From Terriglobia bacterium (GTDB lineage: Bacteria > Acidobacteriota > Terriglobia > Bryobacterales > Bryobacteraceae): 64,000 bases of DNA. The stretch is from positions 12,909 to 76,908 of the forward strand of contig JAJPHS010000127.1 in the NCBI GenBank assembly GCA_021325175.1, in the 5' to 3' direction. The notes below the pieces were generated by a model. The model saw only the letters and a list, made by a program, of their open reading frames with translations. It was not told where the DNA came from and ran no database searches. The position numbers and the translations under genes are program-made. Shown here piece by piece: positions 9,077-18,040 of the stretch (the stretch's first letter is position 1; each line of letters opens with the position of its first letter).

Positions 9077-9852
9077 CCGCGCCGCTCGTTTTTCTCCTGC
9101 TGCTTGGCTCGTCAGAGGCGGGCGTCCCGCTGCTGGCAGGATGCTCGGCCGGCGATGAACGGCTGGCGGTGATCGCCGTTGCCGACCGCGTCGAAGTGCG
9201 GCAGGCCATTTCGAGCAGCGACGGTACCTGCTACCGGCTGGACCTGATTCGCGCGGATAAGAAAATCTCCGGCTATGTGCTGGGCGAGTCCCTTCCCGCC
9301 GTCGCGGCGTTCGCCGCCGAGCGCGAAAGGATCGACAGCCAGAGGCTGCCGGCCTTGGTCCGCGGCGCCGCCGGCCCTTCCGAAGCCACCCCGCAGCCCT
9401 CCGGCTCCGGCCGCAACGACGCGAAGGCGGCGGAGCCCAATTTCGCGGTCCCGGAATATTTGAGCGACTTCGTCGCGCGCGACGTCGAGGGCCGGCCGCA
9501 CCATCTCTCCTCACTTCCCGGGCGCCTCATCGTCGTGGCCTTCTGGTCGGGCCGATCCAAAGCCGCCCTGGGCGACCTGCAAGCGATCTACAACCAGTAC
9601 AAGCACCGAGGCGTTTCCGTTGTAGGCATCAACATCGATGGAGCCCGCATGCTCGCCCGCGAAACCGAAGATGTCGATCTCGGCTTTCCCCAATGGGCCG
9701 ATCCGGGCGGCATCGCTCAACATTACGGCGTCGGCCGGTCCGGAAAAGCTTTTGTGCTTGATCGCTCGCGGCGAGTTCTCGCCGCCGGCTCCAGCGCTGA
9801 CGCCGCGCGGGCCGTGAAACAGTTGATGAGCGCGAAAACCCGAGTCCGATAA
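9073..9852 (+). CDS. Thioredoxin-fold (TlpA/redoxin-like) lipoprotein lacking the CxxC active site
   Basis: ATGA overlap with the TadG-like stop. Lipobox LLAGC. Redoxin-like block LIVVAFWSGRSKAALGDLQAIYNQYKHRGVSVVGINIDG, in which the usual W-C-x-x-C aligns to R-S-K-A-A. Confidence 0.65.
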   Translation: MTAPLVFLLLLGSSEAGVPLLAGCSAGDERLAVIAVADRVEVRQAISSSDGTCYRLDLIRADKKISGYVLGESLPAVAAFAAERERIDSQRLPALVRGAAGPSEATPQPSGSGRNDAKAAEPNFAVPEYLSDFVARDVEGRPHHLSSLPGRLIVVAFWSGRSKAALGDLQAIYNQYKHRGVSVVGINIDGARMLARETEDVDLGFPQWADPGGIAQHYGVGRSGKAFVLDRSRRVLAAGSSADAARAVKQLMSAKTRVR

Positions 9853-9859
9853 ACAGACG

Positions 9860-10999
9860 TTACTCCAGCCGCAGGATTATTCCGGTATCCGTCGCGGCCC
9901 ACTGATGTTCAGCGTCCGGACCCGCTAAAACCACCGACCGCGCACTCGCCTTGTAATCCACCGTCATCTCCGACCACTCCTTCATATCCGAGCTGGTCAG
10001 GATGCGAACTTTTCCCGGAATCGGCGAGATGTTCAGTTTTCCCGGGGGCTCGACTGCGGCGAGAAACGCGCGCGGTCCCGCAAACAGCGCCACGTCGGTT
10101 ACGCGCCGGTCCTGCTGGCGAAAAACCTGCGTGCTCTGCCCCGCTTTCAGATCCAGCCGGAAAACCTCACTCGGATACTCGAACGCTTCGTTGAAGGAAA
10201 ACGCCGCCAGCCCGATCGAACCGGACAGGCGCACGCTGATGATGGTCCCGTAGAAATCGGCTCCGGTCGCGCTCCAGGTTTTTCCGGCATCGTGCGTTTC
10301 GATCAGCATTGTTTCGCCTTTGGCGGGACGCCGCCGCACGGCGCGCTCCGGCTCCATCCACGACGGCAGATGCGGATCATCGCCGCGCGGCGTCACGGCT
10401 CCGCCCATGATCACGCCGTCGTTTCCTGTAAACGCAATCTGCGTATAAGCCGCGTGAGCGGGATCGCCGGCCGGTTTGGCGGCGGCCGCAATCGCCGTCC
10501 AGGTTTTGCCGCCATCCTTGGTTTCGAAAGCGCTTTTCTGATTGCCCGCCGCGAATCCGTGCTGCGCGTCCAGAAACCACAGGCGCGTGATCAGTCCGCC
10601 CGGCGGCGCCGGACCCAGCTTTTTTTCGGGCTTCTTCTGCTCGCCGATTCTTTTCCACGTCGCTCCGCTGTCCTCGGTAAACCAGATCGCGTTATCGCCG
10701 GCCATCCAACCGGTCGATTCGTTCAGAAAGAAAATCGAGCGCGGCGAATCGTGCAGCGGCTGCAAAGTCCAGTTCTCGCCGCCATCGGTGGTGAGAAGCT
10801 CCACGTCGCGGGGTTTATGCGCGCCCGTCTCATCGATGATCGCGCCGACCCCGACGCCGTGCCGCGCCGAAGGAAACGCCAGATCCTCGATCGCCAGCGT
10901 TTCATGCAGTTTGTCGTAAAAATATTGAATCTTCCACTGTGGATCGGCGCCTTGCGCGAATCCGGAGATCAGAAGAGCAAAAACCCAGGCATATTTCAT
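9860..10999 (-). CDS. Secreted BNR/Asp-box beta-propeller protein (Ycf48-like)
   Basis: Signal peptide. Repeated Asp-box motifs TTDGGENWT, TEDSGATWK, TKDGGKTWT, THDAGKTWS. Confidence 0.7.
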   Translation of the reverse strand: MKYAWVFALLISGFAQGADPQWKIQYFYDKLHETLAIEDLAFPSARHGVGVGAIIDETGAHKPRDVELLTTDGGENWTLQPLHDSPRSIFFLNESTGWMAGDNAIWFTEDSGATWKRIGEQKKPEKKLGPAPPGGLITRLWFLDAQHGFAAGNQKSAFETKDGGKTWTAIAAAAKPAGDPAHAAYTQIAFTGNDGVIMGGAVTPRGDDPHLPSWMEPERAVRRRPAKGETMLIETHDAGKTWSATGADFYGTIISVRLSGSIGLAAFSFNEAFEYPSEVFRLDLKAGQSTQVFRQQDRRVTDVALFAGPRAFLAAVEPPGKLNISPIPGKVRILTSSDMKEWSEMTVDYKASARSVVLAGPDAEHQWAATDTGIILRLE

Positions 11000-11003
11000 C
11001 GTT

Positions 11004-11579
11004 CTACTCGCTGCGCGCCTGCGCCATCATCCAGTCGAGCGCCGAAGCTTTCGGGTCGGTCCGCGCCAGCGCGATCAAACAACCGATCTGCTCGCCGACC
11101 GTCGTCAGCATCTCCATTTCGCCGCCGCTGTGGAAGTGCGGCTCCCGGTGCTGCACATTGATCACGCCCGCCACGCGATTCCGCACCACCACTGGCGCCG
11201 AAAGGAACGCTTCGTAGGCGTCTTCCGGCAGGTCGGTGAAGTGCTTGAAGCGCGGATCGAGATACGCCTCGCGGGAGATCGAAACCAGCCGGCGCTCGCG
11301 GGCGACCCAACCGGTCAATCCTTCGCCCAGCCCCAGCCGTACCTTGCCGATCGTATCCGGCCGCGGATTATTCGATACGCCCAAAACCAGCTCGCGATCC
11401 TGTAGCAGATAAAGCAGGCAGGCATCGCATCCCATAAACTCGACCACCAGCGAAACGACTTGCTGAAGCGCATCGCCGAGATCCATCTCGCGCGACATCA
11501 GGCGGCTGATTTTCTGTAGAAGTCGAAGTTGCTGCTCGGTATTTTCGAGCGCAGTTTCCAGTTCTTTGACGCGGGACAC
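11004..11579 (-). CDS. GAF domain-containing protein (stand-alone)
   Basis: 191 aa. Short N-terminal coiled segment, then a GAF-like core (GEGLTGWVARERR ... VAGVINVQH). Lies 4 nt upstream of the beta-propeller gene. Confidence 0.75.
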   Translation of the reverse strand: MSRVKELETALENTEQQLRLLQKISRLMSREMDLGDALQQVVSLVVEFMGCDACLLYLLQDRELVLGVSNNPRPDTIGKVRLGLGEGLTGWVARERRLVSISREAYLDPRFKHFTDLPEDAYEAFLSAPVVVRNRVAGVINVQHREPHFHSGGEMEMLTTVGEQIGCLIALARTDPKASALDWMMAQARSE

Positions 11580-11665
11580 CGGCTACATTATGCCAGAAGC
11601 AGAGCGGCGAGTGGGCGCACCGGTTATCCGGAGACGCGCGTCCTGGCCGGATGTTATTTTAAATC

Positions 11666-11693
11666 TTGACCGGGCGAAATCCTGAGCTATAAT
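11666..11693 (+). promoter_or_regulatory. Putative recA promoter
   Basis: TTGACC (11666-11671), 16-nt spacer, TATAAT (11688-11693). Confidence 0.45.
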
Positions 11694-11694
11694 T

Positions 11695-11716
11695 AGGAGA
11701 ATAAAAGGAGAATAAA
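11695..11716 (+). repeat. Perfect 11-bp tandem duplication AGGAGAATAAA x2 (duplicated Shine-Dalgarno) ending on the A of the recA ATG
   Basis: Read directly: AGGAGAATAAA (11695-11705), AGGAGAATAAA (11706-11716). Confidence 0.8.
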
Positions 11717-12786
11717 TGGACGAAAAAGAACGCAGCCGGGTGCTCGGCGCGACGCTGGGGCAGATCGAAAAGCAGTTCGGAAAAGGCTCGATAATCCGCC
11801 TCGGCGCGCAGGCCGTGCAGGCTGTGCCGGTCATTTCGACCGGGTCCATTTCGGTGGATTTCGCGCTCGGCGCCGGAGGGTTCCCGCGCGGGCGAATTTC
11901 CGAGATTTTCGGCCCGGAATCGTCGGGAAAAACAACCATCGCGCTCCAGGTTGTGGCGGAGGCGCAGCGCGTCGGCGGGATGGCGGCTTATATCGACGTG
12001 GAGCACGCGCTCGATCCGGCGTACGCCAGGAAATTGGGCGTGGATGTCGACAATTTGCTCGTTTCGCAGCCCGATTACGGCGAACAGGCGCTGGAAATTA
12101 CCAACGCCCTGATCACGTCGGGATCGATCGATGTGCTGGTGGTCGACTCCGTCGCAGCGCTGGTGCCCAAGGCCGAACTCGACGGCGAAATGGGCGACAG
12201 CTTCATGGGCGTTCATGCGCGGCTGATGTCGCAGGCCATGCGCAAGCTTACCGGAATCGTTTCCAAATCCAATACCTGCCTTATTTTTATCAACCAGATC
12301 CGCGAGAAAATCGGCGTCATGTTCGGCAATCCGGAAACCACCACCGGCGGCCGCGCGCTGAAGTTTTATGCCAGCGTGCGAGCCGATATTCGCCGAATCG
12401 CGGCGATCAAGGACGGGGAGAACGTCGTCGGCAATCGCACCAAGATCAAGATTGTGAAGAACAAAATGGCTCCGCCGTTTCGCGAGGCCGAGTTCGACAT
12501 AATTTACGGCGAGGGAATTTCGCGCGAAGGCGACCTGATCGACATGGCCGTCGCGCAGAATTTGATCGAGAAAAGCGGCGCCTGGTACAGCTTCAAAGGC
12601 GAGCGGATCGGGCAGGGCCGCGACAATGCGAAGCAATTTTTGAAGGATAATCCCGACGTGATGCGCAAGCTCGACACGGAAGTGCGCAAGGCGGTCGGGT
12701 TGTTGAAGGCGGAAGCCGCGCCGCCATCGGTTCCACCGCCGGCTACCCAGGCGCCGGCAGCAGCGGCTCGCGGGCGGAGTTCCTAG
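11716..12786 (+). CDS. recA: Recombinase RecA
   Basis: [16 protein letters not shown], Walker [10 protein letters not shown] and [22 protein letters not shown]. 356 aa. Confidence 0.98.
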   Translation: MDEKERSRVLGATLGQIEKQFGKGSIIRLGAQAVQAVPVISTGSISVDFALGAGGFPRGRISEIFGPESSGKTTIALQVVAEAQRVGGMAAYIDVEHALDPAYARKLGVDVDNLLVSQPDYGEQALEITNALITSGSIDVLVVDSVAALVPKAELDGEMGDSFMGVHARLMSQAMRKLTGIVSKSNTCLIFINQIREKIGVMFGNPETTTGGRALKFYASVRADIRRIAAIKDGENVVGNRTKIKIVKNKMAPPFREAEFDIIYGEGISREGDLIDMAVAQNLIEKSGAWYSFKGERIGQGRDNAKQFLKDNPDVMRKLDTEVRKAVGLLKAEAAPPSVPPPATQAPAAAARGRSS

Positions 12787-12827
12787 GCGGAACGCTTCCG
12801 TTGAAACCGCGCTTGCAAGAAAAGCGC

Positions 12828-14174
12828 TCAGGAGAGTTTCAACGATTCCGCCAGGCCCAATGCGTCCTCGATCGCCGCGCCGATACGCAGCAGGGTGTCT
12901 TCAGATCGCGCGGGGCCGAGGATCTGCATTCCGATCGGCAGGCGGCTCCTGGTGAATCCGCACGGCATCGCCAGCGATGGAACGCCTAACATGTTTACCG
13001 CCCGCATCAGCCGCGTCGAGATCATGCGCACATCGTCGCGTTTTCCCGCAATATCGACCGTCATTTCACCGATCTTGGGCGCCGCCGCCGGCGTGGCGGG
13101 CACGATGAGACAATCGGCCTTGCTCCACACCCTCGAAAATTCGCGGGCGTAGATCCGCCGCAGACGAAGCGCGTCGGCGTAATCGATTCCCAAAATCAAC
13201 CGGCCCTGATCGAGCAGCGCCAGCACGTCCGCGCCAAAATCGCCGCGCCGGTTGAGATGGGGCCGCCAGTTGGCGGCCGCTTCCACCAGCAGCAGCACGC
13301 GTCCTGCGGCGTTGATCGCGTTGATATCGGGAACCGTCACCTCCACCACTCGCCCGCCGATGGCCGCCGCCGTCTGGATGGCGCCTCGCACGGCGGCGGC
13401 GACCTCCGCATCCAAGGAATCGAAATAGAAGTTTCGCGGCACGCCGATGCGCAGCCCGCCCAGCTCGGCTTGGCCGGCGGGAACATATCCGGACGCATTT
13501 TCCGCCATTGCCTGAAAGCAAATGGCCGTATCACGAACGGTTCTGGTCATCGGCCCGATGTGATCCATGGTCATCGACAGGGGAATCACGCCGCGGCGGC
13601 TCACGCGCTCATAGGTCGGCTTCAAACCGACCGTGCCGCAGAACGACGAAGGAATCCGGATGGACCCGCCGGTGTCCGTGCCCGTCGCCATGAAGACCAG
13701 ATCCGCGGCGACGGCCGCGCCCGATCCGCCGCTCGATCCGCCGGGAATTCGCTCCGGGTCCCAGGGATTTCGAACCGCGCCGAAATGCGGGTTGGTGGAG
13801 GTGATGCCGTAAGCGAGCTCGTGCAGACCCGTTTTGCCGATCGAGATCGCGCCCGCCTCGCGCAGCCTGGCGGCGACCACGGCATCTTCGTCGGGAATAA
13901 AATCCGCGAGAATTTTCGATCCGGCCGTGGTCCGGACGCCGCGCGTCTGGATCAGGTCCTTGTGCGCGATCGGAATCCCATGTAGGGGGCCTCGATCGAC
14001 GCCGCGAGCCAGCTCCGCGTCTCTTTCTTTCGCTTCCGCGCGCGCCGCTTCGGCGGTGACCGTGATGAACGCGTTCAGCCGGTCCCGCGCGGTTCGCTTC
14101 AGTGATTCCTCCACCATTTCGACGGAAGAAATTTTGCGCGCGCGCAGCGCCGCCGCCGCTTCCTGAATGTTCAC
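12828..14174 (-). CDS. Amidase-signature family amidase (GatA/AtzE-like)
   Basis: GGSSGGSGAAVAA amidase signature. The ORF extends to 14210, but GTG 14174 forms a GTGA overlap with the stop of the upstream small ORF. Confidence 0.85.
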   Translation of the reverse strand: MNIQEAAAALRARKISSVEMVEESLKRTARDRLNAFITVTAEAARAEAKERDAELARGVDRGPLHGIPIAHKDLIQTRGVRTTAGSKILADFIPDEDAVVAARLREAGAISIGKTGLHELAYGITSTNPHFGAVRNPWDPERIPGGSSGGSGAAVAADLVFMATGTDTGGSIRIPSSFCGTVGLKPTYERVSRRGVIPLSMTMDHIGPMTRTVRDTAICFQAMAENASGYVPAGQAELGGLRIGVPRNFYFDSLDAEVAAAVRGAIQTAAAIGGRVVEVTVPDINAINAAGRVLLLVEAAANWRPHLNRRGDFGADVLALLDQGRLILGIDYADALRLRRIYAREFSRVWSKADCLIVPATPAAAPKIGEMTVDIAGKRDDVRMISTRLMRAVNMLGVPSLAMPCGFTRSRLPIGMQILGPARSEDTLLRIGAAIEDALGLAESLKLS

Positions 14175-14338
14175 GCAAGATCCTCCGGTCCGGTCCACGC
14201 ATCCGCCCACGGCGGAATAGAGCGAACCAGGGGCTCGAACAATGCCTCGAGCGTCTCCAGAACGCCTGCAATTTTTTCGATCTCAATTGCCTGATCCACG
14301 CTTGCGGCGCGCAGCCGCCAATCGGTCCTATTTGGCAT
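14171..14338 (-). CDS. Small protein (55 aa) translationally coupled to the amidase; possible GatC/AtzG-like subunit
   Basis: Internal ATG of track ORF 14171..14494, 9 nt after the upstream stop: MPNRTDWRLRAASVDQAIEIEKIAGVLETLEALFEPLVRSIPPWADAWTGPEDLA. 4-nt GTGA overlap with the amidase start. Confidence 0.4.
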   Translation of the reverse strand: MPNRTDWRLRAASVDQAIEIEKIAGVLETLEALFEPLVRSIPPWADAWTGPEDLA

Positions 14339-14346
14339 CGGCGAGG

Positions 14347-14808
14347 TCAACTTTGGCGGCCGGTCTGCAACGGCCGGATTTGAAAGCTCTGATGGGCCGC
14401 GGATGGGTGGTTCACTTTCGAGCGCCGCCCCTCCGCCTGAAGCCGCCGGTGCGCTTCCTGCCAGTCCGGCAATTGTTCGCTCTCCTGCTCCCAATGGACG
14501 AGAGCGGCTTCATCGCACCACTCCAGCAGGCGGCGCATCGCCACCCGATGCGGTCCGGTCATCATGAAGGACTTCATGGCGGCTTCGCTCGCCCACAGCG
14601 TACGGGTCCAGAACGTGCGATCGCGATCGCGCAGCAGCGAAACGCGCAAATTTCCCTCGGAGCGCCGGGCCTGCCAGGCGCATCGAATCGAAGAATACAG
14701 AAACGGCGCAAGATACCGCCATAAGCGCACGCGCAAGCGGGTGATGGAAACAACCGCCACAGCGTAGAGTATACCCCGTGCCGCGGCTTCAAAGCGCTCA
14801 CGATACAA
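14347..14808 (-). CDS. Conserved hypothetical, ABM/Dabb-like (DUF3291-like) protein
   Basis: SITRLRVRLWRYLAPFL ... TFWTRTLWASEAAMKSFMMTGPHRVAMRRLLEWCDEAALVHW pattern recalled from monooxygenase-like small proteins. The true start may be GTG 14760. Confidence 0.5.
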   Translation of the reverse strand: MYRERFEAAARGILYAVAVVSITRLRVRLWRYLAPFLYSSIRCAWQARRSEGNLRVSLLRDRDRTFWTRTLWASEAAMKSFMMTGPHRVAMRRLLEWCDEAALVHWEQESEQLPDWQEAHRRLQAEGRRSKVNHPSAAHQSFQIRPLQTGRQS

Positions 14809-14818
14809 TTAAGGAATA

Positions 14819-15994
14819 ATGCTCGCCACCGAAAAACGTTCGGCGCCGCTGCCGTTGACCTGTCTTAGCGAAGAAGAAAAGATGTTCCAGTCGAGCGTGC
14901 GCAAATTCGCGCGCGAGCGCCTGGCGCCGTACGTTCGCGAAATGGACGAGGCCGGCGTTTTTCGCAAGGACCTTCTCAAGGAATTTTTCGACCTGGGCCT
15001 GATGGCGATCGACGTTCCCGAACAGTACGAAGGTCAGGGCGGGTATTTTTTCCAGTCGATTCTGGCGATCGAGGAGCTGGCGAAGGTGGACCCCTCGGCG
15101 GCCGTGATCGTCGACGTGCAGAATACGCTGTTCAACAACGCGATTCAGCGCTGGGCGAGCGAGGAACAAAAACGGAAATATTTTCCGCGGCTGGCGAAAG
15201 ACACGGTGGCCAGCTACGCGTTATCGGAGGCCGGCTCGGGCTCGGACGCCTTCGCCATGGCTACGCGCGCCATCGATGCGGGCGATCATTTTCGCATCAC
15301 CGGCCGCAAGCTTTGGATCACCAACGCCGCCGAAGCCGGACTCTTTTTGCTGTTCGCCAACGCCAATCCCGAGGCCGGCTACAAGGGAATTACCGCGTTC
15401 CTGATTGAACGCGAATTTCCCGGATTCAAGGTCGGCAAGAAAGAAGACAAGCTCGGGATTCGCTCGTCATCCACCTGCGAGCTGATTCTGGACGATTGCC
15501 GCGTGCCGAAGGCTAACGTCGTCGGCGAGATCGGCAAAGGCTACAAGATCGCGATTGAAACCTTGAATGAAGGCCGGATTGGAATCGGCTCGCAGATGGT
15601 CGGACTGGCGCAGGGGGCGCTCGATCACGCCTTGCAATATTCAAAGCAGCGAAAACAGTTCGGCAAACCGATCAGCGAATTTCAGGGTGTGCAGTTCGAT
15701 CTGGCGGAAATGGCGGTTGAGGTGGAAGCCGCGCGGCTGATGGTCTATAACGCGGCCCGCCTGCGCGATGCCGGGCTGCCCTTCGTCACCGAAGCCGCGA
15801 TGTGCAAGTATTTCGCCTCGCAGGTTGCCGAGCGGGCCGCTTCACGCGCCGTCGAAGTGCTCGGCGGGGTCGGCTTTACGAAGGATTATCCGGTTGAAAA
15901 GCTTTATCGCGACGCGAAAATCGGCCGGATTTATGAAGGCACCAGCAACATGCAACGTGTCACGATCGCCAAGCAGATGTTAAAGGATGGATGA
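14819..15994 (+). CDS. Acyl-CoA dehydrogenase (short/branched-chain type)
   Basis: 391 aa. YALSEAGSGSDAF, WITNA and a C-terminal YEGTSNMQ-type motif. Confidence 0.92.
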   Translation: MLATEKRSAPLPLTCLSEEEKMFQSSVRKFARERLAPYVREMDEAGVFRKDLLKEFFDLGLMAIDVPEQYEGQGGYFFQSILAIEELAKVDPSAAVIVDVQNTLFNNAIQRWASEEQKRKYFPRLAKDTVASYALSEAGSGSDAFAMATRAIDAGDHFRITGRKLWITNAAEAGLFLLFANANPEAGYKGITAFLIEREFPGFKVGKKEDKLGIRSSSTCELILDDCRVPKANVVGEIGKGYKIAIETLNEGRIGIGSQMVGLAQGALDHALQYSKQRKQFGKPISEFQGVQFDLAEMAVEVEAARLMVYNAARLRDAGLPFVTEAAMCKYFASQVAERAASRAVEVLGGVGFTKDYPVEKLYRDAKIGRIYEGTSNMQRVTIAKQMLKDG

Positions 15995-16049
15995 GCAGAT
16001 GTCCGGAAACCGCATGTAGGCCGGGTTCGTCCGCAGTACAGGAGTTGAT

Positions 16050-16826
16050 ATGCGCGCTCTTTCGCTCGCCCTGATATTGGCCGGCGCGATCTTCGCCGCC
16101 GACAAGAAATGGGACCTCACGCCGGCCCAGATTGACGACATTATCCAGAAATTTTCCGCCAAGGAATCGGCCTTCGCCAAGGCGCGCGATAACTACACTT
16201 ATCGCCAGACGGCGCGCATCCAGGAAGCCGACGAGAACGGCGCCCCCGGCGGCAAGTGGGAGGAAGTGACCGACGTCACCTTTACGCCCAGCGGAGAGCG
16301 CACCGAACACGTGGTCCGCGCCCCGGTGGCGACTCTGCGGCTCATCGTGATGGACCCCGGCGACATCGAGGATATGCGCCACACCCAGCCGTTTGTGCTC
16401 ACCACCGAGGAGCTGCCCAACTATTGGGTCCGCTATCTCGGCCATCAGCAGGTGGACGAGATCGGCTGCTATGTTTTCGCGGTGAAGCCGAAGAAAATGG
16501 AGCCGAACAAGCGCTATTTTTCGGGCGAAGTTTGGGTGGACGATCAGGATTTGCAAATCGTCAAGTCGTATGGGCGCGGCGTTGGGCTGCAAAAGCGCGG
16601 CGAGGATCATCAGTATCCGAAGTTTGAAACATACCGCGAGCAGATCGACGGCAAATACTGGTTTCCCACCTACACCATCGCCAACGACACGCTGCACTTT
16701 AAAGACAACGACGTCCGGATCAAGCAAACCATCCGCTATGAAGATTACAAGCAATTTAAATCGGACGTGAAAATCACTTACGGGGACGAAGCGGATACGA
16801 AGAAGGACGAGAAGAAAAAACAGTAG
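16050..16826 (+). CDS. Secreted hypothetical protein, possibly LolA-like fold (outer-membrane lipoprotein-sorting-like family)
   Basis: Signal peptide MRALSLALILAGAIFAADKK. Lys-rich C-terminal tail. The family assignment is from memory only. Confidence 0.55.
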   Translation: MRALSLALILAGAIFAADKKWDLTPAQIDDIIQKFSAKESAFAKARDNYTYRQTARIQEADENGAPGGKWEEVTDVTFTPSGERTEHVVRAPVATLRLIVMDPGDIEDMRHTQPFVLTTEELPNYWVRYLGHQQVDEIGCYVFAVKPKKMEPNKRYFSGEVWVDDQDLQIVKSYGRGVGLQKRGEDHQYPKFETYREQIDGKYWFPTYTIANDTLHFKDNDVRIKQTIRYEDYKQFKSDVKITYGDEADTKKDEKKKQ

Positions 16827-16911
16827 TACTCGCGGCGCCGCCGCTCAGCGAAATACCCTAAACCCGGCCGCCGTTTCCGCCGATCCAATAAACGGATAAA
16901 CGTAATTTTTC

Positions 16912-18036
16912 ATGGCCACGGCGGGGGATTCGCGGGAGAGGGATCTGGAGCAGCTCAAGGCGCTGTTCCTCGCCAGCCTCAACCACGAAATTCGAACGCC
17001 GCTGAGCGGGATTCTCGGCATGGTGGATCTGCTGCTGGAGACGCACCTGGATGACGAGCAGCGCGAATACGTGCAGGCCGCGCGGCTTTGCGCCGAAAAT
17101 CTGTTCGAAATTTTAAACGCGGCGCTCGAATATTCGGCGCTCGAAGCCGGCCGAGTTTCGCTCGATGAGAGCGAGTTCAGTCTAAAGGAAGCGTTTGAAG
17201 CCGCGCTGGCCCAGCATGCGGCGCGGGCGCAGGCCAAGGGGATCCGCATGATCTCCAGTCTGGCGGCGAACCTGCCCGAAGTGATTCTCGGCGACGCGCC
17301 ACGTCTGCGCGAGCTGGTGAGCCATCTGCTCGCCAACGCCGTAAAATTCACGCATCGCGGCTCGGTCGAGCTGCGCGCGTTTACCGATGCATCGAACACC
17401 CTGGTGATCCAGGTAGCTGACACCGGTATCGGAATTCCTCCAGATCGCGTGGGCCTGATCTTCGATTCGTTTCGCCAGGTGGAAAGCGGCCTGGCGCGCC
17501 GCTATCCGGGACTCGGCCTGGGTCTGTGCGTGGTGCGCAAGCTGGTTTCGCTGATGAACGGCTCAATCGAGGTGCAGAGCGTGCTCGAGGAAGGCTCGAC
17601 GTTCAGCGTGCGGCTGCCGCTGCGCCTGCCCGATTCTCCGGCCGAAGCGCAACCCTCCGAGGCCAGCCCGCGAATTCTCGCGGTGGATGATAATCCAGTC
17701 AGCATGACTGTTCTTCGCCACACGCTGGAGCGGCGACGGCTTCGCGTGGACTGCGCGGCATCCGCATCCGAAGCTCTGGCGGCGGCTTCCCGGCGCCGCT
17801 ATGACCTGGTGCTGATGGATCTGCAAATGCCCGGAATGGACGGACTCCAGGCGACGGCCGCCATGCGGCGCCTGCCCGGGTACGAATCGGTCCCGATTCT
17901 CGCGCTGACCGCCAATTCAGACGACGAGGTCCGGCTGCGCTGCCGTGACGCAGGTATGCAGGCTTTCCTGATCAAGCCGGTGGAACCGAACGATCTGCTC
18001 TCGGCTGTCGGGCGGTTTTTGAAGCAGGCGACGTAA
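16912..18036 (+). CDS. Hybrid sensor histidine kinase / response regulator without an input domain
   Basis: H-box [10 protein letters not shown] begins about 22 aa from the N-terminus. N/G boxes [24 protein letters not shown]-terminal receiver ILAVDDNP ... [14 protein letters not shown]. Confidence 0.85.
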   Translation: MATAGDSRERDLEQLKALFLASLNHEIRTPLSGILGMVDLLLETHLDDEQREYVQAARLCAENLFEILNAALEYSALEAGRVSLDESEFSLKEAFEAALAQHAARAQAKGIRMISSLAANLPEVILGDAPRLRELVSHLLANAVKFTHRGSVELRAFTDASNTLVIQVADTGIGIPPDRVGLIFDSFRQVESGLARRYPGLGLGLCVVRKLVSLMNGSIEVQSVLEEGSTFSVRLPLRLPDSPAEAQPSEASPRILAVDDNPVSMTVLRHTLERRRLRVDCAASASEALAAASRRRYDLVLMDLQMPGMDGLQATAAMRRLPGYESVPILALTANSDDEVRLRCRDAGMQAFLIKPVEPNDLLSAVGRFLKQAT

Positions 18037-18040
18037 AACT

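Noticed and set aside
12809-12827. Hairpin GCGCTT-N7-AAGCGC between convergent recA and the amidase gene, considered as a bidirectional terminator.
   Set aside because: It has only a 6-bp stem, has no U-tract on either side, and overlaps the amidase stop codon. The support is too weak to report as a feature.
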